DNA of 64,000 nucleotides from Eledone cirrhosa (Eukaryota), in contig OZ024744.1 of assembly GCA_964016885.1 (NCBI GenBank), positions 20,832,001-20,896,000 on the forward strand, in the 5' to 3' direction. The translations under genes were made by a program, and so were the position numbers. The number at the start of each line of letters is the position of its first letter. Position 1 is the first letter of the stretch. Of this stretch, positions 57,801 to 64,000 are shown in pieces. The notes beneath the pieces were generated by a model, which was given only the letters and a program-made list of their open reading frames with translations, was not told the DNA's origin and ran no database searches.

Positions 57801-58649
57801 AACGGACTCGTTTTAACAACAGCTGAATCTTAAGATGAAACTCGTTTTAACAACAGTTGAATCTTAAGAACTGATTCGTTTTAACAACAGTTCAAACTTA
57901 AGAACTGATTCGTTTTAACAACAGTTGAATCTTATGAACTGACTCATTTTAACAACAGTTGAATCTTAAGATAACATTCGTTTTAACAACAGTTGAATCT
58001 TACGAACTGACTCGTTTTAACAACAGTTGAATCTTAAGAACTGATTCGTTTTAACAACAGCTGAATCTTAAGATAAAACTCGTTTTAACAACAGTTGAAT
58101 CTTAAGAACTGACTCGTTTTAACAACAGCTGAATCTTAAGATAAAACTCGTTTTAACAACAGTTGAATCTTAAGAACTGACTCGTTTTAACAACAGCTGA
58201 ATCTTAAGATAAAACTCGTTTTAACAACAGTTGAATCTTAAGATAAAACTCGTTTTAACAACAGTTGAATCTTAAGAACTGACACTTTTTAACAACAGTT
58301 GAATCTTAAGATAAAACTCGTTTTAACAACAGTTGAATCTTATGAGCTAACTCATTTTAACAACAGTTGAATCTTAAGTTAAGACTCGTTTTAACAACAG
58401 TTGAATCTTAAGAACTGACTCGTTTTAACAACAGCTGAATCTTAAGATAAAACTCGTTTTAACAACAGTTGAATCTTAAGAACTGACTCGTTTTAACAAC
58501 AGCTGAATCTTAAGATAAAACTCGTTTTAACAACAGTTGAATCTTAAGATAAAACTCGTTTTAACAACAGTTGAATCTTAAGTACTGACTCGTTTTAACA
58601 ACAGTTGAATCTTATGATAAAACTCGTTTTAACAACAGTTGAATCTTAT

Positions 58650-60480
58650 GAGCTAACTCATTTTAACAATAGTTGAATCTTAAGTTAAGACTCGTTTTAA
58701 CAACAGTTGAATCTTAAGAACTGACTCGTTTTAACGACAGCTGAATCTTAAGACAAAACCCGTTTTAACAACAGTTGAATCTTAAGAACTGTCTCGTTTT
58801 AACAACAGTTGAATCTTAAGATAAACCTCGTTTTAACAACAGTTTAATCTTAAGAACTGACTCGTTTTAACAACAGTTGAATCTTAAGACAAAACTCGTT
58901 TTAACAACAGTTGAATCTTAAGAACTGACTTGTTCTAACAACAGTTCAGCCTTAAGAACTGACTCGTTTTAAAACAGTTGAATCGTTAGAACTGACTCGT
59001 TTTAACAACAGTTGAATCTTAAAACAAAACTCGTTTTAACAATAGTTGAATCTCAAGAACTGACTCGTTTTAGCAACAGTTGAATCTTAAGATAACACTC
59101 GTTTTCATAACAGTTGAATCTTAAGAACTGTCTCGTTTTAACAACAGTTGAATTTTAAGATAATCCTCGTTTTAACAACAGCTGAATCTTAAGATAAAAC
59201 TCGTTTTAACAACAGTTCAAACTTAAGAAATGACTCGTTTTAACAAAAGTTGAATCTTATGAACTCACTCATTTTAACAACAGTTGAATCTTAAGATAAC
59301 ATTCGTTTTAAAAACAGTTGAATCTTAAGAACTGATTCGTTTTAACAACAGTTGAATCTTAAGATAAAACTCGTTTTAACAACAGTTGAATCTTAAGAAC
59401 GGACTCGTTTTAACAACACCTGAATCTTAAGATAAAACTCGTTTTAACAACAGTTGAATCTTAAGAACTGATTCGTTTTAACAACAGTTCAAACTTAAGA
59501 ACTGACTCGTTTTAACAACAGTTGAATCTTATGAACTGACTCATTTTAACAACAGTTGAATCTTAAGATAACATTCGTTTTAACAACAGTTGAATCTTAA
59601 GAACTGACTCGTTTTAACAACAGTTGAATCTTAAAGATAAAACTCGTTTCGACAACAGTTGAATCTTAAAGAACTGACTCGTTTTAACAACAGCTGAATC
59701 TTAAGATAAAACTCGTTTTAACAACAGTTGAATCTTAAGAACTGACTCGTTTTAACGACAGCTGAATCTTAAGATAAAACTCGTTTTAACAACAGTTCAA
59801 ACTTAAGAAATGACTCGTTTTAACAACAGTTGAATCTTATGAACTGACTCATTTTAACAACAGTTGAATCTTAAGAACTGATTCGTTTTAACAACAGTTG
59901 AATCTTAAGATAAAACTCGTTTTAACAACAGTTGAATCTTAAGAACTTACTCGTTTTAACAACAGTTGAATCTTAAGATAAAACTCGTTTTAACAACAGT
60001 TGAATCTTAAGAACTGACTCGTTTTAACAACAGCTGAATCTTAAGATAAAACTCGTTTTAACAACAGTTGAATCTTAAGATAAAACTCGTTTTAACAACA
60101 GTTGAATCTTAAGAACTGACTCCTTTTAACAACAGTTGAATCTTAAGATAAAACTCGTTTTAACAACAGTTGAATCTTATGAGCTAACTCATTTTAACAA
60201 CAGTTGAATCTTAAGTTAAGACTCGTTTTAACAACAGTTGAATCTTAAGAACTGACTCGTTTTAACAACAGCTGAATCTTAAGATAAAACTCGTTTTAAC
60301 AACAGTTGAATCTTAAGAACTGACTCGTTTTAACAACAGCTGAATCTTAAGATAAAACTCGTTTTAACAACAGTTGAATCTTAAGATAAAACTCGTTTTA
60401 ACAACAGTTGAATCTTAAGTACTGACTTGTTTTAACAACAGTTGAATCTTAAGATAAAACTCGTTTTAACAACAGTTGAA
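58650..60480. repeat. Further copy of the 52.6-54.5-kb block at ~+6.0 kb offset
   Basis: Landmark 52893/58945 (+6052 = 178x34), GAACTTACTCG 53925/59943 (+6018) and GTACTGACTTG 54401/60419 (+6018). Confidence 0.8.
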
Positions 60481-63400
60481 TCTTATGAACTAACTCATTT
60501 TAACAACAGTTGAATCTTAAGTTAAGACTCGTTTTAACAACAGTTGAATCTTAAGAACTGACTCCTTTTAACAACAGTTGAATCTTAAGACAAAATTCAT
60601 TTTAACAACAGTTGAATCTTAAGAACTGACTTGTTCTAACAACAGTTCAGTCTCAAGAATTGACTCGTTTTAAAACAGTTGAATCGTTTGATCTGACTCG
60701 TTTTAACAACAGTTGAATCTTAAAATAAAACTCGTATTAACAATAGTTGAATCTCAAGAAATGACTCGTTTTAGCAACAGTTGAATCTTAATAACTGACT
60801 CATTTTAACAACAGTTGAATGTTAAGATAAAACTCGTTTTAACAACAGTTGAATCTTAAGATAAAACTCGTTTTAACAACAGTTGAATCTTAAGAAATGA
60901 CTCGTTTTAACAACAGCTGAATCTTAAGATAAAACTTGTTTTAACAACAGTTCAAACTTAAGAAATGACTCGTTTTAACAAAAGTTGAATATTATGAACT
61001 CACTCATTTTAACAACAGTTGAATCTTAAGATAACAATCGTTTTAACAACAGTTGAATCTTAAGAACTGATTCGTTTTAACAACAGTTGAATCTTAAGAT
61101 AAAACTCGTTTTAACAACAGTTGAATCTTAAGAACGGACTCGTTTTAACAACAGCTGAATCTTAAGATAATACTCGTTTTAACAACAGCTGAATCTTAAG
61201 ATAAAACTCGTTTTAACAACAGTTGAATCTTAAGATAAAACTCCTTTTAACAACAGTTGAATCTTAAGAACTGACTCGTTTTAACAACAGTTGAATCTTA
61301 AGATAAAACTCGTTTTAACAACAGTTGAATCTTATGAGCTAACTCATTTTAACAACAGTTGAATCTTAAGTTAAGACTCGTTTTAACAACAGTTGAATCT
61401 TAAGAACTGACTCGTTTTAACAACAGCTGAATCTTAAGATAAAACTCGTTTTAACAACAGTTGAATCTTAAGAACTGACTCGTTTTAACAACAGCTGAAT
61501 CTTAAGATAAAACTCGTTTTAACAACAGTTGAATCTTAAGTACTGACTTGTTTTAACAACAGTTGAATCTTAAGTTAAGACTCGTTTTAACAACAGTTGA
61601 ATCTTAAGAACTGACTCGTTTTAACGACAGCTGAATCTTAAGATAAAACTTGTTTTAACAACAGTTGAATCTTAAAGATAAAACTCGCTTTAACAACAGT
61701 TGAATCTTAAGAACTGACTCGTTTTAACAACAGTTGAATCTTAAGACAAAACCCGTTTTAACAACAGTTGAATCTTAAGAACTGTCTCGTTTTAACAACA
61801 GTTGAATCCTAAGATAAACCTCGTTTTAACAACAGATTAATCTTAAGAACTGACTCGTTCTAACAACAGTTGAATCTTAAGACAAAACTCGTTTTAACAA
61901 CAGTTGAATCTTAAGAACTGACTTGTTCTAACAACAGTTCAGCCTCAAGAACTGACTCGTTTTAAAACAGTTGAATCGTTAGATCTGACTCGTTTTAACA
62001 ACAGTCGAATCTTAAAATAAAACTCGTTTTAACAATAGTTGAATCTCAAGAACTGACTCGTTTTAGCAACAGTTGAATCTTAATAACTGACTCGTTTTAA
62101 CAACAGTTGAATGTTAAGATAAAACTCGTTTAAGAATAGTTGAATCTTAAGAACTGACTCGTTTTAACAACAGTTGAATCTTAAGATAAAACTCGTTTTA
62201 ACAACTGTTGAATCTTAAGAACTGACTCGTTTTAACAACAGTTGAATCTTCAAATAAAACTCGTTTTAACAACAGTTGAATCTTAAGAACTGACTCGTTT
62301 TAACAACAGTTGAATGTTAAGATAAAACTCGTTTTAAAAATAGTTGAATCTTAAGAACTGACTCGTTTTAACAACAGTTGAATCTTAAGATAAAACTCGT
62401 TTTAACAACAGTTGAATCTTAAGAACTGACTCATTTTAACAACAGTTGAATATTATGAACTCACTCATTTTAACAACACTTGAATCTTAAGATAACATTC
62501 GTTTTAACAACAGTTGAATCTTAAGAACTGATTCGTTTTAACAACAGTTGAATCTTAAGATAAAACTCGTTTTAACAACAGTTGAATCTTAAGAACGGAC
62601 TCGTTTTAACAACAGCTGAATCTTAAGATAAAACTCGTTTTAACAACAGTTGAATCTTAAGAACTGATTCGTTTTAACAACAGTTCAAACTTAAGAACTG
62701 ATTCGTTTTAACAACAGTTGAATCTTATGAACTGACTCATTTTAACAACAGTTGAATCTTAAGATAACATTCGTTTTAACAACAGTTGAATCTTAAGAAC
62801 TGACTCGTTTTAACAACAGTTGAATCTTAAGATAAAACTCGTTTTAACAACAGTTGATTCTTAAGAACTGACTCGTTTTAACAACAGCTGAATCTTAAGA
62901 TAAAACTCGTTTTAACAACAGTTGAATCTTATGAACTGACTCATTTTAACAACAGTTGAATCTTAAGAACTGATTCGTTTTAACAACAGTTGAATCTTAA
63001 GATAAAACTCGTTTTAACAACAGTTGAATCTTAAGAACTGACTCGTTTTAACGACAGCTGAATCTTAAGATAAAACTCGTTTTAACAACAGTTGGATCTT
63101 AAGAACTGACTCGTTTTAACAACAGTTGAATCTTACGATAAAACTCGTTTTAACAACAGTTGAATCTTATGAACTAACTCATTTTAACAACAGTTGAATC
63201 TTAAGTTAAGACTCGTTTTAACAACAGTTGAATCTTAAGAACTGACTCGTTTTAACAACAGTTGAATCTTAAGACAAAACCCGTTTTAACAACAGTTGAA
63301 TCTTAAGAACTGTCTCGTTTTAACAACAGTTGAATCTTAAGATAAACCTCGTTTTAACAACAGTTTAATCTTAAGAACTGACTCGTTTTAACAACAGTTG

Positions 63401-64000
63401 AATCTTAAGACAAAACTCGTTTTAACAACAGTTGAATCTTAAGAACTGACTTGTTCTAACAACAGTTCAGCCTTAAGAACTGACTCGTTTTAAAACAGTT
63501 GAATCGTTAGAACTGACTCGTTTTAACAACAGTTGAATCTTAAAATAAAACTCGTTTTAACAATAGTTGAATCTCAAGAACTGACTCGTTTTAGCAACAG
63601 TTGAATCTTAAGATAACACTCGTTTTCATAACAGTTGAATCTTAAGAACTGTCTCGTTTTAACAACAGTTGAATTTTAAGATAAACCTCGTTTTGACAAC
63701 AGTTGAATCTTAAGAACTGACTCGTTTTAACAACAGTTAAATCTTAATAACTGACTCGTTTTAACAACAGTTGAATGTTAAGATAAAACTCGTTTTAACA
63801 ATAGTTGCATCTTAAGAACTGACTCGTTTTAACAACAGTTGAATCTTAAGATAAAACTCGTTTTAACAACTGTTGAATCTTAAGAACTGACTCGTTTTAA
63901 CAACAGCTGAATCTTAAGATAAAACTCGTTTTAACAACAGTTGAATCTTAAGAACTGACTCGTTTTAACAACAGTTGAATCTTCAAATAAAACTCGTTTT

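Larger units (their letters stand above)
1..64000. repeat. Tandem satellite DNA array, 34-bp monomer (~1,880 copies), two main subtypes A (...CTTAAGAACTGA) and B (...CTTAAGATAAAA); extends beyond both window edges
   Basis: Seen directly: TAACAAC recurs at 1 and 35 (period 34). The consensus CTCGTTTTAACAACAGTTGAATCTTAAGA+ACTGA/TAAAA is present on every line, always in the same orientation. Copy number is 64000/34. A minority of monomers are 33 or 35 bp. Confidence 0.99.

Noticed and set aside
1-64000. CRISPR array: the conserved ~29-bp core begins GTTTT and is partly palindromic, like some CRISPR repeats
   Set aside because: There are no unique spacers. The variable part is only ~5 nt with two dominant states. 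No leader or cas genes are present, and the HOR structure indicates tandem amplification.
1-64000. Repetitive protein-coding ORF
   Set aside because: All three + frames hit a stop within each consensus monomer (TAA, TAA, TGA). On the - strand one frame is open for a single monomer, but 34 is not divisible by 3, so it meets TAA in the next. Open stretches are only tens of bases.
1-64000. Minus-strand ORF under a ciliate-type code (TAA/TAG = Gln), since the consensus minus strand lacks TGA
   Set aside because: Common variants (CTCATT, TTCAAA, TTCAGC, CTCAAG) introduce TGA on the minus strand. Recurrent 33- and 35-bp monomers shift frame, and there is no codon-position pattern in the variation.
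1-64000. Transcription-factor or methylase motifs (E-box CAGTTG/CAGCTG, Myb-like CAACTG, AP-1 TGACTCA in one variant, GANTC)
   Set aside because: Short motifs are expected by chance in any 34-mer, and their abundance only reflects amplification. There is no independent support for function.
1-64000. 5 x 34 = 170 bp nucleosome-length unit
   Set aside because: Arithmetic coincidence. I saw no 5-monomer periodicity in the variants, which follow a 2-monomer rhythm and kb-scale HORs.
1-64000. Telomeric repeat, transposon insertion or strand inversion
   Set aside because: There is no G-rich short telomeric unit, no non-satellite sequence and no reverse-complement monomers on reading through the window.

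Overview
The whole 64-kb window is one uninterrupted, single-orientation, AT-rich (about 26-32% GC per monomer) tandem satellite array of about 1,880 copies of a 34-bp monomer, CTCGTTTTAACAACAGTTGAATCTTAAGA-(ACTGA or TAAAA). I found no protein-coding gene, RNA gene, transposon, CRISPR spacer or unique sequence. The interest lies in the internal architecture. Rare variant monomers used as landmarks show nested periodicities: a vestigial 17-bp sub-repeat, the 34-bp monomer, a 68-bp A/B dimer, a ~1.36-kb (40-monomer) module, ~3.0-3.2-kb higher-order repeats (HORs), ~4.7-5.3-kb HORs and a near-perfect ~10,026-bp tandem duplication. A homogeneous central block (~16-50 kb) is flanked on both sides by a shared variant class it lacks. 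Several recurrent variants also improve short inverted repeats within the monomer. The architecture resembles eukaryotic centromeric/pericentromeric satellite DNA, but that is inference: organism and function cannot be determined from this window. All spacings were measured by eye from landmark variants, not by full alignment.
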